Source of the DNA: Octopus sinensis
Lineage: Eukaryota
NCBI RefSeq assembly: GCF_006345805.1
Contig: NC_043002.1
Location: 113,584,001 to 113,648,000, forward strand
Length of the DNA stretch: 64,000 nucleotides
Direction: 5' to 3'
Made by a program: the position numbers and the translations under genes
Shown here: one piece after another, positions 35,512 to 49,982 of the stretch
How positions within the stretch are numbered: the first letter of the stretch is position 1
How the letters are laid out: every line of letters starts with the position of its first letter
Notes under the pieces: generated by a model
The model's database searches: none
What the model was told of the DNA's origin: nothing
What the model saw: the letters and a program-made list of their open reading frames with translations, nothing else

Positions 35512-36224
35512 CTGTCTGTCTGTCTGTATGTATGTATGTATGTATGTATGTCTGTCTGTCTATCTATCTCTCTGTGTGTGAGAATAATTCTGTGTGTATA
35601 TGTATGAGAAGAGGAAAAAGTGCTATGAGAATTGTGTTCAATTCATGAATTGTAATGTCTCTCTCTCTCTCACTCGCTGCTATCTGTCAAGTGTATGTTT
35701 CTGCATATGCATGCAGGTGTATATATGTGCATGCAGGTGTATATATGTTTGCCTCCAGTGCCAAAAAGTGTTATCCAAAAAATGCTTTTTCTGCATCCCA
35801 TCAGCCCTGCAAAATCGCCAGCATCCAAACAAACACATTTTGTTGCCTCACTGTGAGCCCACACCACTTCAATCCAGGTAATATTCAGGTTCTGAGCCCT
35901 GAGCCCTGGGCATATTATATGATCAGAGGCAATCCAGGAAATCTGGATCATATTATCCAATGTAGCCTTCATTTTTTAAGATAGTAGAGTGTGACTTTAA
36001 AGGAGGCTTGCTTACTATTTCTAGCAGACTCACTTGTTGGCTGAAGTGATGAGTTGCTGTTGGTTTCCAAATAAACTCTGTTTAAATAGATTTATGATCA
36101 AAGACATTCAAACCATGGCCATCCAGTCTATTTGATGGATTTTAGAATTGGATCATGTAATGTGTCTTCTTTTTAAAAACAAATTGGTCACAGGTGAATT
36201 GTATCACTGTATCTTTCATCTTTC

Positions 36225-36850
<626 letters not shown>

Positions 36851-36994
36851 GACTGGATCTTTTTTTTTTTTTAGAGATAATTATGGTTATGGAATCAGCA
36901 CTGCACCAAAATGCTGAGAAATGTACTAGGAAACGTTAAGTCTCCATTCTGACAATAGCTATATGCAGAGAATATTTATTTATGTGTATTACTT

Positions 36995-37403
36995 CTTACT
37001 CTTTTACTTGTTTCAGTCATTTGACTGCGGCCATGCTGGAGCACCGCCTTTAGTCGAGCAAATCGACCCCGGGACTTATTCTTTTTAAGCCCAGTACTTA
37101 TTCTATCGGTCTCTTTTGCCGAACCGCTAAGTGACGGGGACGTAAACACACCAGCATCGGTTGTCAAGCAATGCTAGGGGGACAAACACAGACACACAAA
37201 CACACACACATACACACATATACATATATATACATATATACGACAGGCTTCTTTCAGTTTCCACCTACCAAATCCACTCACAAGGCATTGGTCGGCCCGA
37301 GGCTATAGCAGATGACATTTGCCCAAGATGCCACGCAGTGGGATTGAACCTGGAACTATGTGGTTGGTTAGCAAGCTACTTACCACACAGCCACTCCTGC
37401 GCC
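36995..37403 (-). mobile_element. SINE family B
   Basis: Full length. Confidence 0.92.
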
Positions 37404-38619
37404 TTATATAAATTTTATTTATATGCATTAGTAATTGATTTCTGTTGGTTTCAACAATAAGTGATATTCACTTGTTTGAGCAACTTTGACTTAACTGCTC
37501 ATTGAATTAGCAATAATTCATGAGATGCAAATTTCTAAACCATTTGACCATGCCTGGCTGACAATTCTGTATTCATTATGTAACACGATCTTCTTGCTTC
37601 TAACGTATAACTGGTTTATATCAGGTCGCTTCAAGGAAACTCATTTCAAAAACTTGCAGGCTAATTATGAGGTTTAATTCCACAGATTAGCCTAGGCAAG
37701 TTTACATAGCTAGGGGAGATAACTCTTAAGACACGTTTATAAACCACAGTTAACAATACAGATATCACTTAACGGCTTACCACAGAAGCATTAAAGGTAA
37801 TTTCAGAAAAAGCTATTTTCACTTGAAAGCATATGTTTTGAGACCCAAGATCTGAATGTGAAATAATAGATTAAAACTTCAGTTCTCTTCCCGACACCAC
37901 CCTACATCTATATTATCACCTTTTTTTTTTCCCAACACTAAATAGCAATAAGTTATGTATGTTATATAACTTTAACAAAGGCAACAGGAAAAATGAAAGT
38001 TTTCAACATATTTTTATCCATTTAAAAAGAAGACTTCTAGGGAGGAAAATAGAGATGTAAAAATAATTGGAAACATTTCATACTACAGAAATTAATGCTG
38101 GTAGTAAATGTTTACAAATAAAATTCTAATGAAGAAATTTCATTATTTGTATAAAACAACTTCTTTTATTCCAAAGGTTTCTAATCCTTAAAAACATTTC
38201 AACACAACTGGATCACTAGTTACAGCTAATTCATATTGTTGTGGAACAATCTCTAAGGGTAAATTAGATGAACAAGACTCCTCATCCAGATGCAGAATGT
38301 GCAATGATTCAGACGAGATCATAGCTCACATCCTATTGGAATATTCAATTAGCTTAGAATGAATACAAAAAGCATAGACATACAATTGCTGCAATAATAA
38401 AATGAAACTCTCGCAAGAAATTTGGTCTTGCATGCTCAGGAAAAAAAAATATAACCATTTTGTGAATATAAAAGAGAGAGAGAAAGAGAGAGAGAAAAAC
38501 AGCGGTGGTGCCCCAGCATGGCCGCGGCCTTGGGCTAAAACATTTTTAAGGATTTTTAAGGATTTAAGGATAGAAATGCAAAATTGATGAAGTGAGGTCG
38601 TGCACTTTATTATAGAAAC

Positions 38620-39055
38620 CAAAAAAAAAAGATATAGCACAATAGACCAGAGATAGTAGCAGTTGACAAGAAGAAACTCTGTATTGCAACTGACATAGCA
38701 TTCCCATCTGACACCAGAGAAAAGAAAGGCAAAAGAAAAACCTATTTAAACTCCTCAACAGAGAAGTTAACAAGCTTATGATTATACCAATTGTTTTAAG
38801 CTTAAGGGGACAGTAACAAAAAAATTGAGAATAAACCTTGAAAAACTTGCTCTTAGCCTGAGAGAAGGCACAGTGCAGAAACATGTCTACTAGGGGATCA
38901 GCAAGAATTATCTGAGAAGTCCTCAATACAATGAAAGACTTGAAAGACTATTTGTAAGTTGGTGGTTACCCAAGGTTACAAGCAGTAACCTGCGACCCTC
39001 ACAAATTTTACAAGGAATAAGAATGAACCAGAGTCAAATCAATAATAATAATAAT
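38620..39055 (+). mobile_element. Very degenerate R4-type endonuclease/3' fragment
   Basis: RPEIVAVDKKK-CIATDIAFPSDTR resembles RPD...IDIA.P.D. Ends at TAATAATAA. Confidence 0.5.
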
Positions 39056-39447
39056 CTTTTCTACTAAAAGCACAAGGTCTGAAATTTTGGGGTGAGGACT
39101 AGTCATTTACCTTGACCCCAGTACTTAACTGGTACTTAATGGATGAAAGGCAAAGTTGACCATAGCAGAATTAGAACTCAGAGCATGAAACTTAGCAAAA
39201 TACCTCTAAGCATTTTGCCTGACATGCTAACGATTCTGCCAATAATAATAATAATAATTCTTTCACAAGGCCTGAAATTTGTGGGGAGGGGGTAAGTTGA
39301 TCACATTGACTGGTACTTAATTTATCAACCCCAAAAGGATGAAAGACAAAGTCAACCTCGGCAGAATTTGAACCCAGAACATAAAGACAGGCAAAATATC
39401 ACTAAGCATTTTGCCAGGAATACTAACAATTCAGCCAGCTTGCTGCC

Positions 39448-39480
<33 letters not shown>

Positions 39481-39509
39481 TAATAATAATAATAACAATA
39501 ACAATAATG

Positions 39510-39555
<46 letters not shown>

Positions 39556-39572
39556 TAATAATAATAATAATG

Positions 39573-39614
<42 letters not shown>

Positions 39615-39834
39615 GTTTCAAGTTTTGGCAACAAGGGCAGCAATTTTGGGGGAGTGGATGAGTCAATTACATTGACCCCCAGTGTTCAACTCCGTACTTA
39701 CTTTATCAACCCCAAAAGGATGAAAGACAAAGTCGACCTCAGCAGAATTTGAACTCAGAACGTGAAGATGGATGAAATACCGCTAAGCACTTCACTCAGC
39801 ATGCTAAAGATTCTACCAGCTTGCTGCTTCATTG

Positions 39835-39835
<1 letters not shown>
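39050..39835 (-). mobile_element. Three tandem older family-A-related SINEs separated by (TAA)n
   Basis: Shared head and core with a (TTA)n-type tail. Further copies at about 4888-5075, 11735-11850, 23375-23570 and 45440-45530. Confidence 0.75.
39449..39612. repeat. (TAA)n microsatellite
   Basis: Visible directly. Confidence 0.95.
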
Positions 39836-39885
<50 letters not shown>

Positions 39886-39888
<3 letters not shown>

Positions 39889-40760
39889 GAAACACACGCA
39901 CTAATGGTTACGAAGCTCTGGGCTAAAAGCAGCGAGTGAAGGTTTCATATTAGCTGCTCAAGACCAAAGCTTATTAACCCGGAACTACCAAGCCAATGTG
40001 ATAAAAAATGGAGCCAACCCAAAATGCCGATTCTGTAACGATGAGATTGAAACTATAGACCACCTAATTTCAGGGTGTAGAGTCTTAGCACCTGTAGAAT
40101 ATAAAGCAAGACATGACAGAGTCAGCCAGTATTTACATTGGACAATATATCGGCATTATAAAATCAAAACCGCTGACAAATGGTATAAACACCATCCTGA
40201 AGCTGTGACTGAGGGAGAAAATGTGTCGATTCTATGGGACTTCCCCGTACAGACCGACAAAACTATAAAAGCTAATAAACCGGATATTATTATAAAAGAT
40301 CAGACAAAAAGGATGTGTTTATTAATTGACATGAATATCCCTTGCGATCACAATATAGCGGCGAAAGAATTTGACACGATCAGTAAATATAAAGACCTGC
40401 TAATAGAAATTGAAAAAATGTGGCATCTCAAGGCGACTACAGTACCAGTGATTGTAGGATCTCTAGGAATGATAAAAAAAGGTACTGAAACCTATTTGAA
40501 AATGATTCCAGGCTTACCATCCCTACAGGAAGTGCAAAAAATCGTATTAAGTGGAACGGCTCATGTACTGAGAAGAGCATTATTTATTTATTAATTTTTA
40601 AATACATATTTTATTTGTGAATTTGCACGTGTAATCTGGGAATGTATACAATGAGCTTCTCTGCCCTAGGTGTATGGAAAACACTCGGCGAGAAACGGAA
40701 GAAAATTTGAAGAAAGAAGGAAAAAACATAATAAAAATAATAATAATAATAATAATAATA
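39886..40760 (+). mobile_element. 5'-truncated R4/Dong-type non-LTR element (zinc finger + restriction-like endonuclease) in (TAA)n
   Basis: AAQDQ, CRFC...ETIDHLISGC, KPDIII...ID..IP...KYKDL. One upstream in-frame stop. (TAA)n on both sides. Confidence 0.9.
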
Positions 40761-40779
40761 ATTGTGGGTTATGAAAAGG

Positions 40780-41421
40780 GAAATGAGTATTGAACCACTG
40801 CTTTGTAAGATGTGTGGCATCAAAACTGAAACAGCCCCACATATTGTAAGTTAGCATAGCAAATTGGCTCAAAAAGAAATACAAAAAAAAAGGCGTGATG
40901 ACATAGCTGGGTATGTTCGTTGGAGATTGTATGAAAAATTAGTCTTGAAAGGACGTTGAAATAGTACAAGCATAAACCAGAGAGTGTCACTGAGAATAAT
41001 GAGGGATTTTATAATCCAGTGTGATTCATGCTGAGACTATACATTGGTGTAGTTGCTAAAATGATGAAGGAAGCCAAAATTACAGATATTCCCATACCTG
41101 AGGATGTACAGGTGGATGATAAAGAACTGGAAAAAATTGAGAAGTATAAGTCACTACAAGATGAGATTGTATGAATGTGGGCAACAAAAACAGTAACCAT
41201 CATCCCAGCATTGGGATCATTAGCAACGGGGTTTGAAAATTTTGTTGGAGAAATTGGGATTGATACAAAGGTAGAACATGCTCAGAAAACTGCTTTATTG
41301 GAAAAGTGAGGAGTTAGAGACAGGTACTTGGATGTCAAGCATTGTGAAGGAAAACCCTTGACCCTTGACCCTCTTAGAGAATTAGCAAGAGCTCTGAGAA
41401 GTGAAATGCATGATGATGATG

Positions 41422-41462
<41 letters not shown>
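40780..41462 (+). mobile_element. Degenerate R4/Dong-type fragment
   Basis: CKMCGIKTETAPHIV, KHKPESV and DIPIP...KYKSL remnants with stops. Ends in (TAA)n. Confidence 0.75.
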
Positions 41463-41463
<1 letters not shown>

Positions 41464-41489
41464 TGAACGAACTATTGAGTTTAGTTTAA

Positions 41490-41600
41490 TGACCTACCAA
41501 TGTATACTATGAGTTTCTTTGCCCTAGGAGTCAGGAAGACACTCGGCAAGAAATGGAAGCAAATTTGAAAGAAGAAAAAAAAAAGTAATAATAATAATAA
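41490..41600 (+). mobile_element. R4/Dong 3'-UTR-only copy
   Basis: Homologous to 40650-40740 (TGCCCTAGG...ACACTCGGC.AGAAA.GGAAG), followed by (TAA)n. Confidence 0.7.
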
Positions 41601-42165
41601 TAAATGCCCTGATGCAATACCATGCAATGACATGACTCTCATGGCTTCTGATCTTAATTGATTGGAAGTGTTATCATGTACATTGTTTTGTCTTGGTATA
41701 AAAGATGGGCTACAGCAAATATTCTGCTGAATATCACAGATTTGCATGTCAGTTGTTTGACCGTAACCAGTTGAGCATGTCCCTTAGTGGCTGACATTAG
41801 GTGCAAGTCTGATCACAAGCAGTAGTTGGGGAGCATCATAGCCATGTATTGAGAGGAATTCTTTGGGGTTTGAATAATTCACCTCTGGAAACGAGTGTTT
41901 TTTTTCAACATCCTTAAACAAACCTTATTCAGGGACCTTTTGAGCAGGATGGGCTACTCAACCTGAAGAAAATTCTAACTGGGCCCCACCTACAAGGTCA
42001 TGCATTGTTTATCATGATATGAGATCACCATGTCATGCACGTAGGGTTGTGATGCATGTGCCTGGTGTACCCTTATCAGACGGGTAGTCATGATGGGTAT
42101 ATTGGGCTTCGTATATTTTACCCCAGTGTCACTTTGATGGCATGAACTGCTCTCTCACTCAATAA
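41601..42165. mobile_element. Unclassified ~560-bp non-coding repeat flanked by (TAA)n
   Basis: An internal segment recurs at about 21530-21650 and 54545-54670. Confidence 0.55.
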
Positions 42166-42169
42166 TAAT

Positions 42170-42391
42170 AATTCCTCTTTCTATTATAGGCATAAGGCCT
42201 TAAATTTGGAGGGAGGGTGCCAGCCAATTACAGCAATCCCAACACATGACTGGTACTTATTTTATCGATCCTGAAAGGATAAAAGGCAAAGTCCACTTTG
42301 GTGGTATTTGAACCCAGAAAGTGAAAAACTGATAAGTATTTTGCCCAGCTTGAAAACAATTCTCCCAGTTGCCCACCTAATAATGACAGTG

Positions 42392-42423
<32 letters not shown>

Positions 42424-44790
42424 CCTTTCTACTATAGGAACAAGACCTGCAATTTGGGGGAGGGGGATAGTCAATATGTATCAACCCCAGTGTTTCATGG
42501 GTACTTATTTCATCAACCCCCAAAAGGATGAAAGGTAGAGTTGACCTTGGCAGAATTTGAACTCAGAACACAAGGACAGATGAAATGCCACAAAGCATTT
42601 TACCTGGCATGCTAACAATTCTGCCAGCATGCTTCCCTAATCATCATCATCATCATCATCATCGTTTAACGTCCGTTCTCCATGCTAGCATGGGTTGGAC
42701 GGTTCGACCGGGGATCTGGGAAGCCAGAAGCCTGCACCAGGCTCCAGTCTTATCTGGCAATGTTTCTACAGCTGGATGCCCTTCCTAACGCCAACCACTC
42801 TGTGAGTGTAGTGGGTGCTTTTTACGTGCCACCTGCACAGGTGCCAGGCGAGGCTGGCAACGGCCACGGTCGGATTGGTGTATTTTACGTGCCACCGGCA
42901 CGGAAGCCAGTCGAAACGGCGCTGGCATTGGCCACGAGTCGGATGGTGCTTTTTACGTGCCACCAGACCAGGGATCCTGGCTGGTTCAATTCGATTTCAA
43001 TTTCGATTTCGCTTGCCCCAACATGTCTTCGCAAGCATGTCATCAGATGAGGTTCTATATCGACTTCGCTTGCCTCAACAGGTCTTTGTGTCCAAGGGAG
43101 GAAAGGCATGCATATATTATTTCAAATTTTTTTCCACAAGGGCAGCTTGGGAGAGGTAGAGATGAGTTGATTACATCGACCCCCAGTGTTCAGCTGGTAC
43201 TTATTTTATCGACCCCCAAAAGGGAGAAAGGCAAAAATTACCTCAGCAGAATTTGAACTCAGAATGTAAAGACAGGCAAAGTACCACTAAGCTTTTCATC
43301 CAGCATGCTAACGATTCTGCCAGCTCACCACCTTGACAATAATAATAATAACTAGCTGGACCCGTGAAAAATTCATGGGAAACAAAAAAAGGAAGAATCT
43401 GTAAACAGTGTACTGGTGCCATGAGAAATGTTTGTATAGACCGTCTGTCTTTACGTTCTGAGTTCAAATTCTGCCAAGGTCAACTCTGCTTTCCATCTTT
43501 TCGGGGTCAATAAATTAAGTACCAGTTATGTACTGAAGTCGATCTAATCAACTGGCCCCCCCCCCCACAAAAATTTCAGGCCTAGAAGAGTATATTGTGA
43601 CAGTTACAGAATTAAGAAAGTAATGTTACACCAATGACTATATAATCCAACCAAAATATCTCAGTTACACAAACGCAAATGGAATTACTATTTAACCTTA
43701 AAATATATCACACATATTCAAAGAACCATAATGTATAAATTGAAATGCAAAAGAATGAAATAATAAATGGATTTATGTATGAAAGTTTGGAAATTGCATT
43801 TATTTCCAGTACGTGACATTTATTATTGCAAACATGTTTTAACTAACCTAAACTATACACACACATATATATGTCACAAGTTGTAGCTGTAATTCAAAGG
43901 GCCGACCTTGTTATATTCTGTGTGAGGCTGAATCTCCCTGAGAACTACGTTAATGTTATGCATGTCTCTAGAGTACTCAGCCATTTGTGAGTTAATTTTA
44001 TCCTCGTGTGGTAATGAAAAGTGAAATTGACATCCAGCATTAGCTGTGTCTATGTATCAATGTATGAACTTTTCTTTGGATTTATGTATTTACTGTCTCC
44101 CTCACTTTCGCTCTTTCTCTTTCACTTCTTTTGTGTCCCTCTTCTCTCCCACTTTTGATTTAACAATGTGTGTATGTATCTATGTATCTACTTCTCTGGT
44201 GATGTGATAAACATTTAAAAACACAAAACAAACGCTGTCACCACTCACTATCTCTTTCACTCTCTCACTTTCTCTCTCTCTCTTTTTCTCTCTTACTTCC
44301 TCTCTCTCACTTTACCACTTCTTTGAAGTGTGACACATGCATCAGGTACATACAAAAACAAAATGTTAGCATATTATTATTGATAATAATGATAATGGTT
44401 TTAAATTTTGACACAAGGCCGGCAATTTTGGAGAAGTGGGTAAATTGATTACATCAACCCCAGTGTTCAACTGGTACTTATTTTATCAACCCTGGCAGCA
44501 TTTGAACTCAGAACATAAAGACAGGTGAAATACTGCATTTTGCATGGCACAGTAATGATTCTATCAGCTCACCACCTTAATAATAATAATAATAATAATA
44601 ATAGTTTCTAATTTAGATATAAGGTTGAAAATTTCAAGGGGAGGACATTAGTTGATACCACCAACTCCAATACTTAAACTGTACTTTACTGACCTCAAAA
44701 GTATGAATAGTAAAGTTGACCTTAGTGGAATATGAACTCAAAGCATAAAGAGCGAGAAGAAATACCATAAAGCAGTTTTTCCAATACTAT
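42170..44790. mobile_element. Cluster of about six older family-A-related SINEs among (TAA)n tracts
   Basis: Copies at about 42170-42330, 42425-42630, 43125-43330, 43430-43590, 44395-44580 and 44600-44790. Confidence 0.7.
42645..43112 (-). mobile_element. Long RTE 3'-UTR copy
   Basis: Extends into sequence homologous to 10140-10240. Confidence 0.85.
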
Positions 44791-44914
44791 CAATTCTAAG
44801 GACACAGTAGAATGAACTCTACCACAAGCTGTTACTTACAAACAGATTCTACATTTCTTATGTAATGCTTGAATTTTTTATTGTGGAAATTTTTTACCTT
44901 TCAATCATGCCATA

Positions 44915-45310
44915 GGCACAGGAGTGGCTGTGTGGTAAGTAGCTTGCTAACCAACCACATGGTTCCGGGTTCAGTCCCACTGCGTGGCATCTTGGGCAAG
45001 TGTCTTCTGCTATAGCCCCGGGCCGACCAATGCCTTGTGAGTGGATTTGGTAGACGGAAACTGAAAGAAGCCTGTCGTATATATATATATATATATGTGT
45101 GTGTATGTGTTTGTGTGATTGTCCCCCTAGCATTGCTTGACAACCGATGCTGGTGTGTTTACATCCCCATCACTTAGTGGTTCGGCAAAATAGAATAAGT
45201 ACTGGGCTTACAAAGAATAAGTCCCAGGGTCGATTTGCTCGACTAAAGGCGGTGCTGCAGCATGGCCACAGTCAAATGACTGAAACAAGTAAAAGAGTAA
45301 AAGAGTAAGA
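44915..45310 (+). mobile_element. SINE family B
   Basis: Full length. Confidence 0.92.
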
Positions 45311-45554
45311 GTATACCATCCATCTATTTCCATCCTTTTTCAGGAACCATTTTTTTGAAAGGTTCATTGCAGTAGTTCTCAACCATTTTTTACCTATGGA
45401 CCTCTTTGATGTTTCTTTTAACATCTGGCTATTTACTGACTGGGTTCAAATTCCAACAAAGTAGACTTTGCCTTTCATCCTTTTGGGATCGATAAAATAA
45501 GTACCAGTCAGGCTTTGTGCCTATAATAGAAAGCAGTTTTATTATTATTACTAT

Positions 45555-45950
45555 ACGCAGGAGTGGCTGTGTGGTAAGTAGCTTGCTAACCAACCACATG
45601 GTTCCAGGTTCAGTCCCACTGCGTGGCATCTTGGGCAAGTGTCTTCTGCTATAGCTCCAGACCGACCAATGCCTTGTGGATTTGATAGATGGAAACTGAA
45701 AGAAGCCTGTCGTATATATGTATATATATATATATGTGTGTATGTGTGTGTGTTTGTCCCCCTAGCATTGCTTGACAACCAATGCTGGTGTGTTTACGTC
45801 CCCGTCACTTAGCGGTTCGGCAAAACAGACCGATAGAATAAGTACTGGGCTTACAAAGAATAAGTCCCGGGGTCGAGTTGCTCGACTAAAGGCGGTGCTC
45901 CAGCATGGCCGCAGTCAAATGACTGAAACAAGTAAAAGAGTAAAAAGAGT
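45555..45950 (+). mobile_element. SINE family B
   Basis: Full length. Confidence 0.92.
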
Positions 45951-45994
45951 ATGCATTCCGCTTCCCAGAGCTCTTGAATTTACTTGCTCCAGTT

Positions 45995-46260
45995 AATTAA
46001 GAGAGTCAAGGGTTTCACAGAGTCTTGTCACAGAGCCTTGTCAATACTTGTCATCCAAGTACCAGTCTCTATTGTTCCAATAAAGCAGTTTTCTGAGCAT
46101 GTTCTACCCTTTTATCAATCCCAATTTCTCCAACCTGGTTGCTAAAGCTCTCAATGCTGGGATGATGGTTATTTTTTTTGTTGCCCACATTCATACAATC
46201 TCATTTTGTAGTGGTTTGTACTTCTCAGTCTTTGATTTGTATTTTACTCAAATGGACCCT
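45995..46260 (-). mobile_element. Degenerate R4-type fragment related to 41140-41340
   Basis: Clear nucleotide homology, including shared lesions. Confidence 0.7.
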
Positions 46261-46564
46261 GACAGATAATCAATGTATAAAAAAATCATTATATTTTTAT
46301 AACTAAACATTATTAGGAACTGTATTTAAAAAGATGTTAAGATATTTTGTGTATTGTAGAAGCATAACTAATTTATTGCAGAAAAAGTTTAGCAACAAAC
46401 TGTTATATAGACTGCCCCACCCCCACCTAAGAGCCATATGGACCCTGGTTAAGAACCACTGGGGTAGAGTTCAGACACCTCTTCCATAGGGTCCTGTCAG
46501 AAGCAACCATCATTACATTTCTTGACTTGATTCCCAACCATGACCAACTTAGACTATAAAAAGA

Positions 46565-46811
46565 AAAAGTTATCTTCTCAAGCTATACCGACTCAAAAGG
46601 GCCAGTTTCGCAGTTTCATGGCACATATTCTCCACCTGGACAGGATGCTAGTCCATCACAGAGTTACTCATTTTTGCCAGCTGACTGAACTGGAGCAACA
46701 TGAAATGAAATATTTTGCTCAAGAACACAACGCATCCCTGGTCCAGGAATCGAAACCACAATCTTATGATCATGGGTCCAACATCCTAACCACTAAGCCA
46801 CGCACCTCCAC
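46565..46811 (-). mobile_element. tRNA-headed SINE with a V-domain-like segment
   Basis: GGCTTAGTGGTTAGG...GGTTTCGATTCC head and GATGGACTAGCATCCTGTCCAGG. Confidence 0.7.
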
Positions 46812-47087
46812 AACTGTGGCTATGAATACCATCCAACCATCTCACTCATAGTCTGCCCCTAGATTTTCCGTTAGATAACTCAACTACAAGTAATTTATCT
46901 TGTGATTTTTTTTTTCCTGTGACATTCTGACCCCAGGTCCATCGTACCAGAGCTGGGACCTCTCAATGCAGAAAAGTAGCAGCGCAACCCGGACAGACTC
47001 CTTCATCTTTGAGCTACACACCCTTGAGAAATGTTACTTCAGAGATCCTGTGAGAAATTTCAAATTTTGCCACACAGGAATGAATAG

Positions 47088-47452
47088 ACACAGGCGTGGC
47101 TGTGAGATTTGCTTCCCAGGCACGATTCCAGGTTCAATCCCACTGCATGCCACCTTGGGTAAGTGCATTCTATTATAGCCCTAAGCTGACCAAAGCCTTG
47201 TAAATGGATTTGGAAGACAGAAACTGAAAGAAACGTGTGTGTGTGTGTGTGTCTTTGTGTTTGTCTGCCAACTCCACTTGACAACCAATTTTGGTTTGTT
47301 TACTTTGCCATAATTTAGCAGTTCAGCAAAGGGACTGATAGAATAAGTAGTGGGTTTGACAAAACAAGAACTGGAGTCAATTCATTTGACTAAAAACACT
47401 TCAAGGTGGTGCCCCAGTATGGCCACCGTCCAGTGACTGAAACAAATAAAAG
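47088..47452 (+). mobile_element. Diverged SINE family B
   Basis: Homology to family B. Other partial copies at about 6035-6190, 10735-10960, 47872-48045 and 59560-59825. Confidence 0.75.
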
Positions 47453-48703
47453 GCGATGGATAAATGATTTCATCCAACTTAACATTAGATTGCTTCAGGA
47501 TTAATGACCTAATTGCTTCATAAATATTAAACATTTTTCCACAAAGGAAAATTTCAAATTCTTTAAAATGAAAAATTGTATGACCTCATCTGTCTGCTAA
47601 CTCAAGGTTGATCAACAGTTAAACATCAACAATATACACCCCTATTCTTTCTAATTGTTCAAATAAAAAGCTATAATTTATAACAGATTCCACTACAGAT
47701 AATGAAATACTTCACATAGCAAAGTTTAGGATGGAAATAGTAGAAAATTTTGATAATCTGTACTAATTAAAACTAATTGTGCTACTCATTTATGTTTCTG
47801 CATAAATAATAGAGTGCTGGTCAAAAACTATGAAGTCTGTCTGACTAAGAAATAAATTACATAAATAAAAATTTAGGAGCAGGTGTGGTTGCGTAGTAAG
47901 ACGTTTGTTTTCCAACAATATGGTTCTGGTTCAATCCCATTGCATGGCACCTTGGGCAAGTGTCTTCTACGATAGCCCCAAACTGACCAAAGCATTGTGG
48001 GTGAATTTGGTAGACAAAAACTAAAAGAAGACCATCACATGCAAGCAAGTATGTATGTATGTCTTACAGTGTGTGTGTGTGTGTAGGGTGGTGCTACTGT
48101 CACCTTGCCTTACCATTACGATAATTGTAAACAAGTGTCACCATCATGCCAGTTGTGTCTTTCATTCCCATTCTTCCATGAAAACATGTATAGTTATTAT
48201 CTTACTTGTAAAGAAGTAAGGGTTAGCAACAGGAAGGGCATCTGGCAGTAGAAAATCCCCCTCAACAATATTCTGTCCAACCCATGCAAGCATGGAAAAG
48301 TGGATATCAAAACAATGATGATGATGATGATGATAATGATATTTTAGTATAAAAATACTCAATGTAACAATGATATGAAATTTTGTGTGAGAGACATTTC
48401 TACAGCAATCAAGAAGGCAATCAACAAAATAATGACTGAAGATCACCTGGCCTAAAAAAAAAGAGAAAGAGAGAGAATGAGAGCTTAGACTGTTGACATA
48501 TTCAAACAGATTTAGGCCAGGCACTTATTGCAGATGAATGAGAAAATCTTCAAGCTTCAGAGCACATATCCTTCAATGAGAGATTCCACTATCCATTGTG
48601 GAAGGATGGATAAAATACATCAAACAAATCATTTCTGTCTTCTTCATAAACCATAACAAAATAATCATTTTTAAGCAGTTTCAAACACCCAGACATCAAG
48701 CTA

Positions 48704-49982
48704 TGAGGGGTGTTCATCAAAGATTTCTCCTGATCCACTTCTGGTTAATGCAGGAAATGGAACTTGTATAGGTATAATCATAAATGTCTCTACACATCAC
48801 ATTGTAAATTGTAGCTTTCCACCTGTATTCATTTGTCTTTTACGGCTGCTGAAATGGACTAAGGCGTTAGAATGGAAGCATTTGAATGCAGATCAGTGAT
48901 TAGGTTCTTAGACTTGAAAGGCCATACACCAAAAGAGACTATCGATGAGATGAAAGAAGTTTATGGTGACGATGCACCATCATACAATGTAGTCAAGCAC
49001 TGGCATCACCAGTTCAAATATGGCCAGATATCAGTGGAAACTGCTCCTATTCCTGAACCACATTCCGACATTGATGATGACACCATCCATAGTGGAAGCT
49101 ACCATTTTAGAGGATCACCGCATAACTATTTGGCAACTAGCCCAAGAAGTGAAGATAAGTGTAGGGTCCATAGTAAAAATCATTCATGACAATTTGCATG
49201 TGCAGAAGTTGTCTACACGATGGATTCCCCGAATGGTCACACCTTTTCAGCAGCAGGAATGAGTCAATTGCTGCTAGACTCTTTTGGCAATGTACCAAGA
49301 AAATTTTTTAACAGACTTATCACACAAGATGAAACATGGGTCCATCACTATGATCCTGAGACAAAAGTCCAGTCGAAACAATGGAAGCACAATAACCCAT
49401 CACCTCAAAAGAAGGCTCATGTCCAACCCTCAGCAGGCAAGGTGATGTTTACAGTCATTTGGGACCAGTGCGAAGTAGTGATGATGGATTTTCTGGCAAA
49501 GGACACCACAATTAACAGGGCATATCATGCTTTACTGCTGCAAAAATTGTGGGACGCCATCAAAGCAGAGAGGTGTGACATGCTGACCAAAGGAGTCTGC
49601 TTCCTCCAAAACAATGTCCCAGTTCACAATGTGCATGGTGGAACAGATGAAAGCACACTCCTGCAGCTATGAAATCCTTCCTCATTCTTCTTACTCTCCC
49701 AACCTTGACCCATCTGTCTTCCACCTCTTTCCAACCATGAAGTCTTTTTTGAAAGGGAAGCACTTTTTTGATGATGATGAACTTATTTCTGGGGTAAAGT
49801 ATTGGCTCCAGTCGCAACCTACCAACTTCCACAGAGGAGGTCTTCACAGATGCATAAAGTGATGGGAGAAGTGTGTCACCATTTGTGGGGGCCTTGTAGA
49901 GAAGGACTAATAATTATGCCATGCTTCATTTATCCCAGCCATTGGGAAGTGGGTCAGGGTAAATCTTAATGAACACCCCTTG
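48704..49982 (+). mobile_element. Mariner-family transposon with TIRs and TA TSD, transposase decayed
   Basis: TIR (C)GAGGGGTGTTCAT. LITQDETWVHHYDPETK motif and decayed HDNA and YSPDLAP motifs. Confidence 0.93.
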
